Shown here piece after piece: positions 63,911 to 64,000 of a DNA stretch of 64,000 nt. A program made the translations under genes and the position numbers. Below the pieces are notes generated by a model, which saw only the letters and a program-made list of their open reading frames with translations, was not told the DNA's origin and ran no database searches. Source of the stretch: Octopus sinensis (Eukaryota); the NCBI RefSeq assembly GCF_006345805.1, contig NC_043013.1:7130001-7194000 (forward strand), read 5' to 3'. Numbering within the stretch: the stretch's first letter is position 1; every line of letters starts with the position of its first letter.

Positions 63911-64000
63911 CTTTCTACTGTCTTATGATGAAGTGATGTCAGATTTGTCTCTTTTTAATTGCTTGGAAACGGATGGCTTCTGCCAAGTTGAATACATACA

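Overview
Eukaryotic, AT-rich, repeat-saturated DNA with no confidently identifiable host gene. The repeat inventory (tRNA-derived SINEs with CORE-like and Meta-like domains, RTE/CR1/R4-like LINE ends, dense TA/CA/GAT microsatellites) suggests an intronic or intergenic region of an octopus (coleoid cephalopod) genome; this is inference. Most ORFs in the supplied track are microsatellite or SINE artefacts. The coding remnants I can support are transposon relics: two mariner families (one with a D34D catalytic segment, one rearranged into ~200-bp inverted arms), a DD37D maT-type transposase, CR1/L2, RTE/RTEX and R4/Dong-like LINE fragments, and a hAT C-terminus. Non-autonomous hAT, Tigger-like and Helitron elements have recognisable termini or target-site duplications (TSDs). 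The most notable signal is a dispersed set of minimal type I hammerhead-ribozyme motifs in Penelope-like terminal repeats. One has a canonical CUGAUGA/GAAAC/GUC core (28979-29019, minus). Several have core variants, compensatory stem changes and palindromic stem III. Other oddities: a five-copy tandem SINE array, modular SINE chimeras, hAT-in-hAT nesting, a locally templated or transduced 218-bp insertion, and fold-back elements. Repeat boundaries were read by eye and are approximate unless a TSD or terminus is quoted.
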